64,000 bases of DNA from Callorhinchus milii (GCF_018977255.1 NW_024704742.1:45200001-45264000); one strand, 5' to 3'. Shown: positions 49,073 to 62,255, counted from the stretch's first letter. Notes: generated from the letters alone by a model not told the origin. Numbers and translations: made by a program.

Positions 49073-49370
49073 TAATAATAATAATGCTTACATTTGATAC
49101 AGTGCCTTTCACATCAGGAGGACATCTCAAAGGCCTTCACGGAATATATTATAAAGTGTTGTCAATATGTATTTTGTAGGCAAATACAGCAACTTGTGCA
49201 CAGATCCACAAACAGCCAAGAAGTGCCTTACACATTTCATTTTGTGGATTGTTGGCCAAGACAGTGGGAGAAACTCCTTTCTCTTTTTGAATAGTGCCAT
49301 GGAATCTTTACACCTGAACAGGCAGAACTTATTTTCAATAGCTCATCTCAAGGACATTTCTTCTAACACC
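49073..49370 (-). mobile_element. Deu-domain SINE fragment
   Basis: Tail plus TTGTTGGCCAAGACAGTGGGAGAAACTCC...GAATAGTGCCATGGAATCTTTACACCTGAACAGGCAG. Confidence 0.78.
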
Positions 49371-50259
49371 TCTAAGCAGGGACAGAGTGAAAACAATGTG
49401 CTTTATGAGAGTTGTGAAGGCAGGAAGAGAAAGGGTGGTGTGAAGGAATTTTAGCAATAAGCTCCAGCAAGTGCAAACATAACAGCTGAAGATTGAACCC
49501 CATGAACGATCTCTGCAAATTTGGAATTGTTGAAGCAATTAACAGCTGAAGTCTATTTTTGTGCCATGTTCTTCACAGCAAGGTGCAGAGATTATTGTTA
49601 GTTCTGTTCAAGGTAAGAAGCTGAAGTGTTTGAATAGCATTGCCAAAGGCCTTACTGTTCTTAATAGTTATAAAATTATGATAATGAGTAAAGCTCCTAA
49701 TACCTTGCAGAGTGATTCAGGCTTAACATACTATACTACAGGTCTCAATGAGAATACTTCAACAGAATTAGATCACCAATAGACTTTAATCTTAAAATAT
49801 GGGAAAACACACTTTCTGGAGCAAAAATAGATGAGCACTTTAATTATACATTTACTGTAGTGTCCTATTGAATGAAAGTGAAGGGACAACATATTACAAT
49901 CATGCAATACAATACAAATTTACATTTATATAGCATCTTTCACATTGGGATATTATCGCAAAGTGATTAACAGTACTCTCCTATGGCATGATAGGAAAAC
50001 GGTAGAGTGAGTATCATAGAAGGAAGAGATCAGGAGGGCCGAAGGGCCTCCCTTATCAATATAAACTTGGGATTTTGTTATATTACATACTGTATAAACA
50101 TAAATATTCAGTTTTTTTTGTTGTGTAATCTTCTATCCCAATCTTACTGAAACTCCTGATGATGAGGAGAGAAATACAGGAAAAAATACTGTTCCTTATA
50201 GTCTTTGGCAGTGCTGAGCTGCTGGCATTTTACTCCAAATACTGGGTAAGAGAGAAAGG

Positions 50260-50390
50260 ATAAGCGTCACTTGATCACCAGGAGCTTTGAGAGCGGTGGA
50301 GGAGCAGAACAAGATGGCCAATCGTCATCCATGATGGTGCCCTCCACAGCCTGGAAGAAGCAGCTTCTTTCCCCTGTTGAGAGGGAGAAA
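50260..50390 (-). mobile_element. Degenerate L2 RT sliver
   Basis: SLSTG...PPPLSKLL resembles L2 SLSTG...LPFLSKxLE. Confidence 0.4.
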
Positions 50391-50395
50391 TCAAT

Positions 50396-50729
50396 TGTGG
50401 AGTCCCATAACATAGTGGTTAGCATACTCACCTTCGAAACGAGAGGACTCGGGTTCAATTCTCGGGTGTGGCGAAACCTTGGGCAAGTTTTCTTACTCCA
50501 CACACAGTAAGTAGGAACCCAGTCGTTAGTCGATTCAAGGATCACTTTCCTTAAAAGAGATGTGGTCATTCACCCCATGACTATTGTGAGACATTGCTGT
50601 GTGCAATTGGCTGCCACATTTCGCTCACAAAATTCAGTCAATCTACTGTACAATATATACTGTGAAGTGATTGGAGATGTCTCAATGATGTGATCAGGTG
50701 CTATATCAAATGCAAGGATTATTATTATC
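50396..50729 (+). mobile_element. Full-length tRNA-SINE, long-middle subfamily
   Basis: TGTGGAGTCCCATAACATAGTGGTTAGCA...GGGTTCAATTC...AACCTTGGGCAAGTTT, TTAGTCGATT middle, shared tail. Confidence 0.88.
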
Positions 50730-51239
50730 AATTGATGGACAAGGGAGAATGTGCTCAGTGGTTTTAAAAGTCTATCTAAAAGGTAGTTGGACAATTTTTC
50801 AGGGACAAATCCAGAGAGATTTGCACATAGTCAGATGTACGTGCCTGAGTATAGGTACATTATAATTTAATCGTCACACGTAAGTATGTCTGGACATCAG
50901 CTTTCCTTCTTCAGAACACCAAACCGAGTTACAATACTTTGATGCAGAGTGATCCTTGATCAACCACTCAGCTGAGTTTTGTTATTATACTGTAAATTTA
51001 AGGATCCTGGAAGAAGTTAAGGCCAGCAAAATTGCCTTTTTGCAGCCATTGTTATTTTAATTTCCAGAATTAGAATTAGACTTGTATATGGATAATTTGT
51101 ATAAGGTGTATAGGTGTTATGCAAACTCCAATATAAGCATGCTGTAGAAACATCTAAGGTAGCTTAATCAGTTTGCCAGAGGATTAGGAAGTAGAAAATC
51201 CTGACATTTAGATGTCCTCCCGACGTGCTATACAAACAA

Positions 51240-51697
51240 ACAAAAATACAAAGCAAAAATTACATTTGTATAGTGCCTTTCACGTTGAGGGGACATCCCA
51301 AGGTGCTGGACAATCAGTATTTTGGATTGGAGCTGGGGATTGGGGAGGGTGGAGAGCAGTGGAGGGAAGGAGGGTGACTGAAGACACGGTCGAAGAGGAG
51401 GGTCTTGAAACAGCTCTTGAAGGAGCCAAGGGAGGGGGAGGGATGCGAGATGGAGTTCCAGAGGGTGGGAGCAGAATGGCTGCAGGCCCGCCTGCCAAAG
51501 GTGAAGTTGGCGAGGTGGGGGATGTTAGGCAGCCCGGAACTCTCTGAGCGGAGTGAGCAGGTAGGTTGGTAGGGAGTTAGGAGGTCACAGAGGTAGAAGG
51601 AAGCTCATGGAGGGCTTTGAAAGTGAAAACCAGGATCTTGAACTGTATCCTCTGTGGGATGGGAAGCCAGTGGAGTCAGGCAAGGATTGGGGTGATA
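51240..51697 (-). mobile_element. L2 3' fragment
   Basis: AAAATTACATTTGTATAGTGCCTTTCACG...CCCAAGGTGCT; GGATCTTGAACTGTATCCTCTGTGGGATGGGAAGCCAGTGGAG. Confidence 0.9.
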
Positions 51698-51699
51698 GT

Positions 51700-52520
51700 G
51701 TCTTTCCAATCAGGAGAATGTCCCAAAGCACATCATATGATTTTACTGTGCATTTGTGGATGAACGCGGCAGCCAAATTGCGCACAGCAATGTCCCACAA
51801 ACAGTCATAATAATAATATTTGCATTTATAATAATAATAATAATAATCATGAAGTGAATGATCAAGTTTATTTGAGGGATTGTTGGCTAGAACAGCAGGA
51901 GAAACTCCCTTCTCTTTTCAAATAATAATTAATAATAATATTCCTTGCATTTGATATAGCATCTTATCATGTTTTCGAGAAGTCTCAAAGTGCTTCATTA
52001 TACCATAAAGTGAATTGCCTGTATATTTTTGGGTGAAAGGTGGCAGCCAACTGCACAGAACAGTGTCCCACGAACAGTCATGGATTGAAGTGACCAATTT
52101 ATTGTAAATATGTTTTTAGGAATTATTACTCCCGGGAAAGCGATCCACAAATCGACTAATAACCAGGTTCCTAATTACTGTTAGGTAAACAGAAGCATGT
52201 GGAGTAAGAAAACTTGCCCAACATTTCACCCTGCCAGGAATCAAACCCAGGTCCTCACTTGCGAGGCTAGTGCTCTAACCGCTGAGCTACAGGACTCCAC
52301 AAATAGTGCCATGGATCTTTAACAACCACCTAAAAGGGAGATGGGACCTTGGTTTAACGTCTGATCTGAACGATGGCACCTCCGACAATAAAATAACCCC
52401 CCCACCCACCAACAGTGCATTAGAATGTCAGCTTAGACTATGTGTGTTCACATCCTATCATTGGGCTTGAACCCACAACTTTCTGACTCAGAGATGACAG
52501 TGCTACCATTGAGCCAGGTT
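51700..52520 (-). mobile_element. Deu-domain SINE with nested insertions
   Basis: Pieces 51700-51808, 51848-51924 and 52301-52520 join into a continuous Deu-SINE. Confidence 0.8.
51925..52300 (-). mobile_element. Full-length tRNA-SINE, long-middle subfamily, nested
   Basis: Head reverse complement GTGCTCTAACCGCTGAGCTACAGGACTCCAC; middle GGGAAAGCGATCCACAAATCGACTAA. Confidence 0.92.
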
Positions 52521-53289
52521 AACATTCATTATTGATGGTTGACTAGACTTTGAGACTTTACTACCCTCAATTCGGGAAGCTGAAGCTCTTGTTGGTATTG
52601 TCCTCTGAACAAGGCAAGGCATTGTGAAACTAATAGGGCAAATTCCCCCCCGACCCCCAAATATGTTATACGTATTCATAATTTTTACATGTTTTTAATT
52701 ACAGATCTGTTAGTATTGTTTCGGATTGATGTTGAATCCAGTGCTTAATGAGTTATGATTGTATAATTGTATGTGTTTAGATTATTTTCTAACTTTCTGC
52801 TCGATCATATTGTATTCTACACAATAGAACAAAGTCTTGTCTTACCGGACTCCGGGTATCTGAATTTGAATCTAGTCGAACCCAAAAGCTAAAGATTAAA
52901 AAAAATCTGCGGACCAAAAATTTCCACAGGCCGACTTGTACATGTAGACACCAATTTTCCTAGCATCCACCAACGCCACATTGAGCAGCCTCACCACCCT
53001 TGCTGGTTTTCACAGTGGCCAGATATATAGACTTTGACTCAGATTGTTTGAATCCCATGAGTAGAAAATAGCTTAATCGCTATCTTCTGCTCACTGATTC
53101 AAACAATTATAATGCCGATCCTAGCATTGTAATTACATTTAGCTGGAAATTCCGGTTCACCGGACTAGCTCTCCCCCCATTAGTCTGGCTAGCCGAAGTT
53201 TAAATGTATATTGCTATATGCTGTATTGCTTTTTTTTAATAATTGTTCTGAATGTTCTTCAACAACAATTTTTTACAGTGTCTCGGAGC

Positions 53290-53960
53290 GCTTAGAAGTG
53301 ATGTTGATTGACACAGAGCAAGGATGACTCTAAGCACAGTTCGAAGAGAAGGGTCTTCAAGTGTGATCTAAAGATGGACAAGGTGGGGCAAATGTAGAGG
53401 GATTGAGGAAGAGCGTTCCAGGGGTTCAGGATATCGTAGCTAAAATCATGCCTGTTGATGGTGAAGCCGTGAGGAAGAGGGACATGCAGGAGGCTGGAGC
53501 CACATGAGCAAAGGGGGTGGGTAGAGGAGTGGGGTGTAAGCAGATCCAAGATGTCGACAGGTGCCATGGCACCCACAAAATAAACAGTCATTCATTTTAC
53601 AGTATATTCTGTGAAGCACTTTGAGATGCCTCAAAGACCTGATAAAGTGCTATATCAAATGCAAGGATCATTATTATTATGATGTGCTTTGTATGGGAGT
53701 GTAGATCATGAAATTGATCTGTTATGCTATAGGGAGCCAGTGGAGCCTGGCAAGGACTGATGTGATGGGCGTACAGAGTTTAGATCGGGTGAAAATACGG
53801 GTTGCAGTTTTGAACTGGATTTTATGAATGGTGGAGCTGGGGGGATCGGCAAACAGAGCATTAGAATACTTGCAGAAGGTGATGAATGCATGAATGCATG
53901 AATGCTTTCAGCTACATTAGGTATGAGGTATGGTCAGAGGTGTGCAATGTCCTTCAACAA
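53290..53960 (-). mobile_element. L2 3' fragment interrupted by a + strand SINE tail (53572-53680)
   Basis: ORF LLHVP...PWNALPQSL...LKTLLF; resumes GGAGCCAGTGGAGCCTGGCAAGGACTG after the SINE. Confidence 0.82.
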
Positions 53961-54109
53961 GGAGAGCAAAACACTCTAATAAGTGTGCTGCATTGTGGCT
54001 GGTGTCATTGTAATGCAACTAAGATCACATTATATTCCTCCCCACCCTCTCCTCTCTTGTCCACCTTACTGGGACTGCACTCACGTGGTTTGAGTCCAAC
54101 TTGACAAAC

Positions 54110-55165
54110 TGCCAGCAATACATCTCAGTAAATCGTTTTTCCAACTGTTCCCTGCGGGGTACCTCAAGGCTTCATCAATGGCCCCCTTCTTTTCCTTATC
54201 TACATGCTTCCTCTTGGCGATGTCTTCCCGCAGACATGCGGTAAACTTCCACATGTATGCAGGTGACACCCAAATCTATTTCTCCTCCCTCCAGTTGTGA
54301 TTTCCAGTCTGCTGATATTCTGTCGGCTTTTTTGATAGACATCAACACCTGGATGAGCGCAAATTTTCCCGCAACTGAATGTTGGCAAAACAGAAGCCAC
54401 ACTCATTAGTTCCAGTTAATGTCTTCTCTCCTGCAGATCTGAATTCCTCAACCTCCCTAGGCTCTCCCTCAGACTCACCGAATCTGTGCACAACTTAGGC
54501 GTCAATTTTGATCCCCACCTTTCCTTTCTACCTCACATCTACTCACATGCCCCAACTCTGTCAGTACCTCACAACCAATGCAGTAGAAACCCTCGTCCAT
54601 GTCTTCGTCACTTCCTGGCTGGACTATTTCCAATGCTGTTCTCACTGTTCTCCCCATCTCCACCTTACACAAAATTCAATTAATTCAAAACTCCACCGTC
54701 TGGATACTCACCCAGTCAAAGCTTTGTACCCCCATCACACCAGTCCTCGCCAGGCTCCACTGGCTCCCAGTTACCAAACTGAATGATTTCAAGATCCTCT
54801 CACTCCTTTTCAAATTCCTTCATCCCCTTGCACCTCCCTACATATCTGATCTGCTTATGCCCCTCTCCACCACCTGCTGCCTCAGTTTGGCTGGCTCCAG
54901 CCTCCTATTTGTCCCTTGTCTCCACTGCTCCACCTTCAGCCACTATGCCCCGAACCTCTGAGACTCTCTCCCTCAATCCATCTGCCTTGCCTCCTCCTTC
55001 CCCACTTTTAAATCCGGCCTAAGACCATCCTTTTTGATTCTGCTTACGGTCACCTCCCACTCCTTCTTCTAGCTTGGTGACAGACTCCGCCACTGTCAAG
55101 TGCTCCGGGATGCTACCCACCTCAGGGGCATTATGTAAAATGCAAGTTGTCATCGTTGTTGTTGT
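54110..55165 (+). mobile_element. L2 RT-to-3' fragment, frameshifted
   Basis: GGGGTACCTCAAGG (GVPQG), TATGCAGGTGACACCCAA (YAgDTQ), HNLGVNFDPHLSF and LARLHWLPV, then the 3' motif and (TTG)n. Confidence 0.92.
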
Positions 55166-55934
55166 AAATACTGAGTTTAGAATTTTAATTTTAACACTGG
55201 GATTGACCTCCAGACCAAGAAGAATGATGATTCCCACTCAGCTTCCTGACAGCAAGCCAGAGAAGAATTCATTAGATGGGCCAAGTAGAAATCCAGTGTG
55301 ATGTTTTAACATTGGTGAAACAGAGAGTATATTAATTGTGATTTTTTTTCCTCAGAAGCAAATGGATAGAGGCTGAATTTAAATTTTCAATGTAGCCACA
55401 GAGTATTCTTTAAAACTTTGAAACTGAAAAAAGGAGTACTTTGGCATTAATATTATTTGGTCGCAATTTCAACTATTTGCACTGCAGCCCTTGATATGAT
55501 TCTTTAATGCATTTGTACATGATCATTTCTGTATCAGAAAAATGGCAGAGAGAAGATTACAACAATATGATAATAGCTTAATCAGACTATGTTTAATACC
55601 AAAATAATCTTCCCTGTAAGTGCTTTCAGAGTTAAGAATTTCATGCACAATGTGAGCAAAAATAAGCCAGGAGGAATTTGTTATAGCTGTTGTACAATAA
55701 ATAAGTCATGCTTAATTAATTATTTTTTGAATCAAGAAAAATCCACAATATAATCAGTTTAGAAACAAAAGAACATAGCAATAGAAGTTGGCCATTCACC
55801 CTATCCAGCCTTTCTTGCCAATAAATCTATGTCAACTCTCTTTAATTCCATTTCTGTATATCCTTTCGTACCCTTATTTACCCAATGTCGTTTTTAATTC
55901 CTCAATTAATTCTCTATTCATGGTCTACTGATGT

Positions 55935-56290
55935 GGTCCATTCTATCTCCAATGCAGTGCTGGGGGTGTGCTGCCTTGTCGAGGTGCCATACTTTGGATT
56001 AGATGTTAAACCGAGATCCTGTCTGCCTGCTCAGATGGATGATAAAAATCCCATGGCAGTATTCAAAATGAGAAAGATTTTTTTCTGATGTCTGCCAAAA
56101 ATCTCCTAAATAAAATTGACCATTCACTCCATGGCTATTTGTGGAACTTTGCTATGTACAAAATAGCTGCCATATTTACCCACAAAATACAACCACCAGA
56201 CTTTATACCATATCTAGTGAAGCATTTTCAGATGTCTTGAGGACATGATAAGGTTGTGTTTTATCCAATGCAGGAATAATAATAATTATT
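55935..56290 (+). mobile_element. Deu-domain SINE, 5'-degraded
   Basis: GATGTTAAACCGAGATCCTGTCTGCCTGCTCAGATGGATGATAAAAATCCCATGGCAG. Confidence 0.82.
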
Positions 56291-56388
56291 ATATTCTCAC
56301 AAATCTTTGTTTAACAATGATTTTGTTATCTCCCCTTCTATCACCTTGGCTCTAATTTTAAGTTGATGTCCTTTTGTCTTGGATTCTC

Positions 56389-56725
56389 AACAACAACAAC
56401 AAATAGCATTGAAATAGAATCATTCATGTTGGGAGGAAGTCACAAAGTGCCGCATAGTCAAGGCTTTGAACCTGAGGTGGGGTTTGAGATGAAGAGGATG
56501 GAGAACAGGAGGGGTGGGGGTGGAAGGATGATTGAAGCTGTGGTCAAAGAGAAAGGTCTTGAGACAGGCCTTGAAGAGGGATTCCAGGGCAGGGTGGGGA
56601 CTGGCCTGTTTCATGTCTCCCATGCTGCCTGCCCACCAATGGTCAGGTGGGCAGAGCTGGGCACAGGAAGCAGGCCAGTGCCCAGCGAGCTGAGGTAACA
56701 GGCAGGTTGGTAAGGTTTTAGGAGG
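56389..56725 (-). mobile_element. L2 3' fragment
   Basis: (AAC)n tail; FKACLKTFLFD in the minus-strand ORF. Confidence 0.8.
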
Positions 56726-56744
56726 ACACAATACTATTTGTTAT

Positions 56745-57130
56745 TTGCTTCTTTACTCACCACCCGCGATCCCTCTCAGCTTACAAACTACCGGCCCATT
56801 TCTAACTTGCCTTTCCTTCCTAAAGTTCTGGAAAGCATTGTTATAAATCAACTCCGCCCATACTTCTCCCTCCACTCCCTACTCAAGCTCCTCCAGTCTG
56901 TTTTCCCACCCTGCCCACAGTGCAGAGACAGCACCCATCAAAATCACAAATGATGTCCTCTCTCTCTCTATCTATGGCTCCTTCTGCCTCCTCATCCTCC
57001 TGGACCTCTCCGCCACATTCAACACAGTCAACACATGCCATCATCCTCTACTGCCTCTCCTCCCTCATCCACCTAAGTGGGACCACACTCACTTGGTTCA
57101 AGTTCTACTCAACCAACCGCCATCACTCAC
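56745..57130 (+). mobile_element. L2 RT internal fragment
   Basis: DPSQLTNYRPISNLPFLPKVLE and CTCCTGGACCTCTCCGCCACATTCAACACAGTC (LLDLSAtFnTV). Confidence 0.88.
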
Positions 57131-57489
57131 CATTCATATTTCTTCTTCAAACCTATGCTTAACAATTAGGAGTTAACAAGCCCTGATTTTTTGAGAATTG
57201 TTTTGCCACAGACTTCACAGATTTAAAATCACACTTGTGTTTCATTTTAGCTCCTGAGGATCCCAAGTCCTTTACTGTAGGCTGCCAGCATGTTGTTTTA
57301 ATATTTAATTCTAATTTTGAATCCTAATTTTAAGTCAGTGTCTTGCAAAGAAACATTGAAACATTGCTCGCTGTTAAAAAAAATTGGAAGGATATTGCCC
57401 GTAGAGAGCTACCATCAAATAAGACCATAAATGGAAGTAAAACTGAAGCCTTCAGGGAGAGAGATAGAGAACATCAAAGGGAACAAAAC

Positions 57490-57715
57490 CTCGGGTTCCT
57501 CTGAAATACCTTCCAATTGTAATAGCTCACTCACTCATTCACACTTGAAGAGGGGATGGTTATCTGCCTGCGTGACTAATAAGTAGTAAGCTAATTCATC
57601 ACAACTGTGCCCAGTAACTCTCACTCGCTATTCACACTCTCCAACAGAAACCATTATAATATGTGACCATTCGGGATGGGAGGCCTGCCTGAAATTTTCC
57701 CTCCCCAACTTGGGA
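57490..57715 (-). mobile_element. Old SINE-like repeat related to 6415-6780
   Basis: The reverse complement has TTGGGGAGGGAAAATT...TCTGTTGGAGAGTGTG...TGTGATG in the same order as 6415-6780. By-eye similarity only. Confidence 0.35.
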
Positions 57716-59104
57716 ACTTGAAATTTCATCTCACATTAACCTACAAAACGATTTTGTTTTAAAATTAATATTGCACAGAATTGGAAACAAATGCCTACAT
57801 TCCATCCTAATTGTGGACTGTGGAAAACCGACTTCAAAATTAAGACTGAATTGAAGAATTTTCCACCATTCTCTGTGGTGTTAAATTTTAAAATAAAATA
57901 TCATACTTTGAATAGACAAAGACTAGATGGAAGGTTTGGTTCAAGCTTCAAGATTGTTTGGCTATGACCACCTGATTCTCTGTTGATTCCGGATTGAATC
58001 TGGGACTGATTTGTTCTTTATTCTTCAGGAACACACTACAGAGTTCATTCAATCACTGACTCACTGAATGAGTTTAGATTGAGATTAAAAGCAGATTTTG
58101 CGAAAGTACAAACAAAAAGTCAGTGGAGCTATTTATTTTAAATGTGAACTTTGAAATCCAGCTATGGTTAAGGTCACCTGGTGAATTATACAGCTAAGAA
58201 AGCTTTATCTAAAGTTAGAGAGTACAGATCCAGAACAAAGTACATGGGTTAGAAGTGTATCTAGCATTACGTCTTCGTAAACTCATTAAACTCAAATATT
58301 TTTATTCGCGCTGCCTTCTGATATTTACATCACTACTAAATATTAATAAAATCTCACTATCATTTCTTTTATTTTTTTAAATCTGAGATACTGTTGTCAA
58401 CAATAATGAGCTAAATTATACTCCCTTTGTTCTATCAGCATTTGTGTCAAACATGGGTTTGACATCCTGTTCCCAGAGTTGATGCAGTTTCCGTTAAGAC
58501 ATTTTTGGATTCACAATATGCATGTAGTGCTAACAAAACCTACAAATTATACTGTAATGAATGTAAATTAGACATGTAGACCTATAATCAGGCTGCTTCA
58601 AGATTAGAGCCTGCAGAAAAGGATGCATAAAAGAAGAAAAACAATGTAGAAAATTCACGCAATTGTTCTCCTGAGTCCATGGGGAGGAAGAAGACCCACT
58701 GTTATAAACAGGATCTGAAATTCCTGCAAGGGCTGACATCCCTAGTATAAGTACAGTGGAGTTGATGTGAATCTGACGCTCCAAACCTTCTTATTGATTA
58801 TTCAAATCGGACAGTATTTGCGTATTAACCAAAAGCTTCAATAAGTGATTGAACAATTAATCAATCTAATAATGTACTTTCCTATCGAAATAAATGGGAT
58901 CACTAGAGAGCCTCTCAGAAAAGAAAGATTTCATATGGTTACAGTGCCTATCATGTTGAAATGTTTCAAAGTTAATTACTGTCAAGTGTAGATACTCTTT
59001 TTGTAGGCAAAACATTCTCTATTTACACAAACAACCGTGAAGTAAATTATGAATTAATCTGGTGCTAGAGAATGCTATGGTTTGCTCACATTCTACATTA
59101 TAGG

Positions 59105-60040
59105 GACATAAGGAAACAGGAACAGCAGGAGACCATTCAGGCCATAGATGGTATTCTACCAGTTTAATAGATCTTTTAATGCTAACATCCTAACTTTTTG
59201 CCATAATCCTTAATAACCTCTACTACCCAAATACCTATCTACCTCTTTTTCAAACATCCCTATTGATTCCGTCTCTACAGCTTTCTGGTCAGTGCTTAGC
59301 AAAGATTGTACTTCTGGTATGCAGCAATCACATTAGGTTAATGTGTGAGGGAACTGTGACAGTTAGATTTCATTAACGTTCCCCCTCAAGGCTGGGATTG
59401 AGGTATTTACTTTTCATGGATTTGCTCTAATAAGTTATGTGGTGTATGGATATCAGGTCGGCTACAAAGATGTCATCGTTCTAGGTACAAAAGTGAGACA
59501 GGCCTTCTGAGACCAGAGTTCCACTATTTTACCTTAAAGATCCTAAGGTCAGTTTAGATGAAGATGGCCCTTCAGCCCATATGATTTATCCAGAATACTC
59601 ATCCAACCGACCTCTTGTAACAGCATCAAGCTACTTTTTAAATGAGTTCAATGTCACGGCCTCAACCACCTTTCCTGGTATCCTGTTCTAGTTGTTTATT
59701 ACCCTCTGAGAAAGAAAAACTTCCTGGTATCTGTCCTAAAATTGTCCCTTGCAACTCTAAATCTATGTGATGTTGTTCTATTGTCTTGGTGCATCCTAAA
59801 GTATTGTTCTGGGTTTACTTTGTCAATCCCATTTAAAATTTTATACACGTATATAAGGTGTCATCTGAATCATTTTCTTTCAAGACTGAAGAACCCTAGC
59901 TTGTCTACTCGTTGATCATTACTCATTTCTGTAACACTGGGGATCATTCTCATTGCTCTCCCCTACACTACCTCTCAGACTTGGGAAGCCCCTCGCGTCG
60001 CAGGGTCAGAACCGTATACAGTACTCTGATGGGCATAAGC
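59105..60040 (-). mobile_element. Two degenerate CR1 3' fragments (59105-59290 and 59560-60040)
   Basis: GGAACAGCAGGAGACCATTCAG and GATGGCCCTTCAGCCCAT are CR1 3' ends; GCCTCAACCACCTTTCCTGG...TTTTCAAGACTGAAGAACCCTAGC is the antisense of LGxFSLE. Confidence 0.7.
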
Positions 60041-61503
60041 TTGTGTGGGGACCGATTTAGCTTGACGAACAGACAGACCTGCCACTGTGTCTTCATTGAT
60101 GAAGATTTCAGTTTTCAGGGAACAGGTACATTACTCAGTCGGTCATAGCTGCCCCTCGTTAATTATGATTCAGGAAATTCTACGATCAATGCAAAGGGAC
60201 AGGAAGAATTGTGCTGTGTAAGCTTCGGTGCCTTTAGACCAGGATGTGACATTGTTTTCTGGGGGAGAGAGAAGGGGTGGGAGGCGTGGACAAAAGAGAA
60301 ATAACACTGACAGACTTGTACACGAGTGATCACAAATAGTGATGGTGACAAAGTGCCATTGGAATTGGAGGTTTAAGACTTGGTTTTAACTCCCCTTGAC
60401 ATTTTCAATGAAGAATCCTTGCTCATGTGGACAATCCAGACCATGTTAAACCCTAAGAGAAAATTATCGTTTTTTCACTCAAACGCCTTCACTCCAAAGT
60501 TTGTTTCCATAGAGAACGTTTAATGCACAAAACAAACCTGAGAATCGTGAATTGACCAGAGCACTTTACAGCCTGTGAAAGACGTCTACGCATCTAAGCT
60601 CAACTGATTTAAAATATAGCTCAGTATCCTGTGTGCCTTGTTTATTGTTGCCTCACTGTTTTGATGTATTGAGCGATGAGTCAACTAAAGCTTTTAGATC
60701 CCTTTCAGTTTTCCCTTTGGCAAGTTGTATCCCATCCATGGAGTAAAATGGACGATCATGGAAGTTTGTGGAAAATTCTTAAAACCAGCCTCAATTTGGA
60801 TTTATTTTAAGAATTACGGTAAAACAGACTGCATTTAAGAATGTGTCATAATTCTTCATAAATGTTCAGACAAAATAGTCTTAAGGTTAAGATTAAGTGA
60901 AATGTTATGCCTCCTGAGATGATACAGTTAAACAACCCCTTGTCAGATATTTGTTGAGCAATAAACTGAACATGCAATTGAGTGCACTCTAATATTATTA
61001 AATTTTTACTCTCAAACAGGAAAACATACAATATTCTCTTCAGAAAATCAATTTCACTTTTGAAGATAAATAGCTAATTTGTATGAGGTATGAGGAATTC
61101 TGCACTGATATTTAGTTACAGTTCTTGAATCAGATGAATAGCAATCCATTATTACAATAATTTGTTCCAATCATTTCATCACGTACTCACTCAGAGGACA
61201 GAAGTGTGGGAATAATATTTAAATTAGCTATTAACATTTCTAACCTGATTAACATGTGTATCTCAAACTTCAGTTTGATGCGTTTATTTTGCTGAACTTT
61301 ACCTTGATTTTGTTTCAGTAATAGATGCCAGTAGTTTAATTTTGTTGAATAGGATGACTCAGATGACAACACAAATGTTTTTGTAAATTGGTACAGTGAG
61401 TCAACAAACGGGCTTGGTTGAATTGATATTTATCATAGATTAGTTATATTTCTGCAAAGAGATTACAAATGAAATTCAGCTTCAGTGTACCCAGGTCTTG
61501 TCC

Positions 61504-61825
61504 TGTGGTCCTGTAGCTCAGTGGTTAGAGCACTCGCCTTGCAAGCGAGACACCTGGGTTCAATTCTAAGCAGGACGAAACCTTGGGCAAGTTTGCTTAC
61601 TCCACACAGAGCCCAATAATAATCCCTCCAAAACAAAACAATAATAAATTGGTCATTTTCAATTCACAACTGTTTGTAGGACACTGCTGTGTGCAATTGG
61701 CTGCCGCGTTTCGTCCACAAATATATGGTCAATTCACTTTACAATCTATTCTGTGAAGCGCTTTGAGAAGTCGAGAAGACGTGAAAAAGCACTATATCAA
61801 ATGCAAGGATTATTATTGTTATTAT
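61504..61825 (+). mobile_element. Full-length tRNA-Ala SINE, short-middle subfamily
   Basis: GTCCTGTAGCTCAGTGGTTAGAGCACTCGCCTTGCAAGCGAGACACCTGGGTTCAATTC; collinear with 18930-19258. Confidence 0.95.
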
Positions 61826-62018
61826 ATTTATTATATATTCAATTTGAAAATAACCAGGAACAAAATAGTTATCTGTCTGGAGCACAGGACCACTGACTAT
61901 TTGGGAATTAAAGCCACTAAATCAAACTCATTCACCATAGTCACAGTTCACCAATTTATTGCAGCTTTTTTCTCTCTTTTAAAAACTAATTCAGCAAATG
62001 AATTGTGCTAGCAAGTTC

Positions 62019-62255
62019 TTTTTGGGCAGTCAGGTGTCTGATACATGTGAAAGCCCATTTTCACACTTAAGCATATCCAAACCAAATTACTGTGAGTTCC
62101 ACATATATATGGAAATTGCTTTTGCTGGTATAGAGTGCACACTCTACCACTGGATGTATGCAACATGCTTACCTTGTCATAGAGAGTTTAATCACAGGTT
62201 GGCAAGAACCAAGGCTCATCGACCCCAATGTGCATTGGGATACTCACGGACCAGC
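62019..62255 (-). mobile_element. A-tailed retroposon family X, copy 5
   Basis: TTTTTGGGCAGTCAGGTGTCTGATACATG...CACAGGTTGGCAAGAACCAAGGCT...TGTGCATTGGGATACT. Confidence 0.8.

Noticed and set aside
60130..60400. Possible pol/RT remnant (GTLSPSLFVI on the minus strand)
   Set aside because: It is a single short motif with no supporting neighbouring motifs.
61504..61575. tRNA-Ala gene (also 19190-19258 and 21625-21695)
   Set aside because: It continues into a SINE body and L2-like tail and is multicopy with variable substitutions, so it is a SINE head rather than a tRNA gene.
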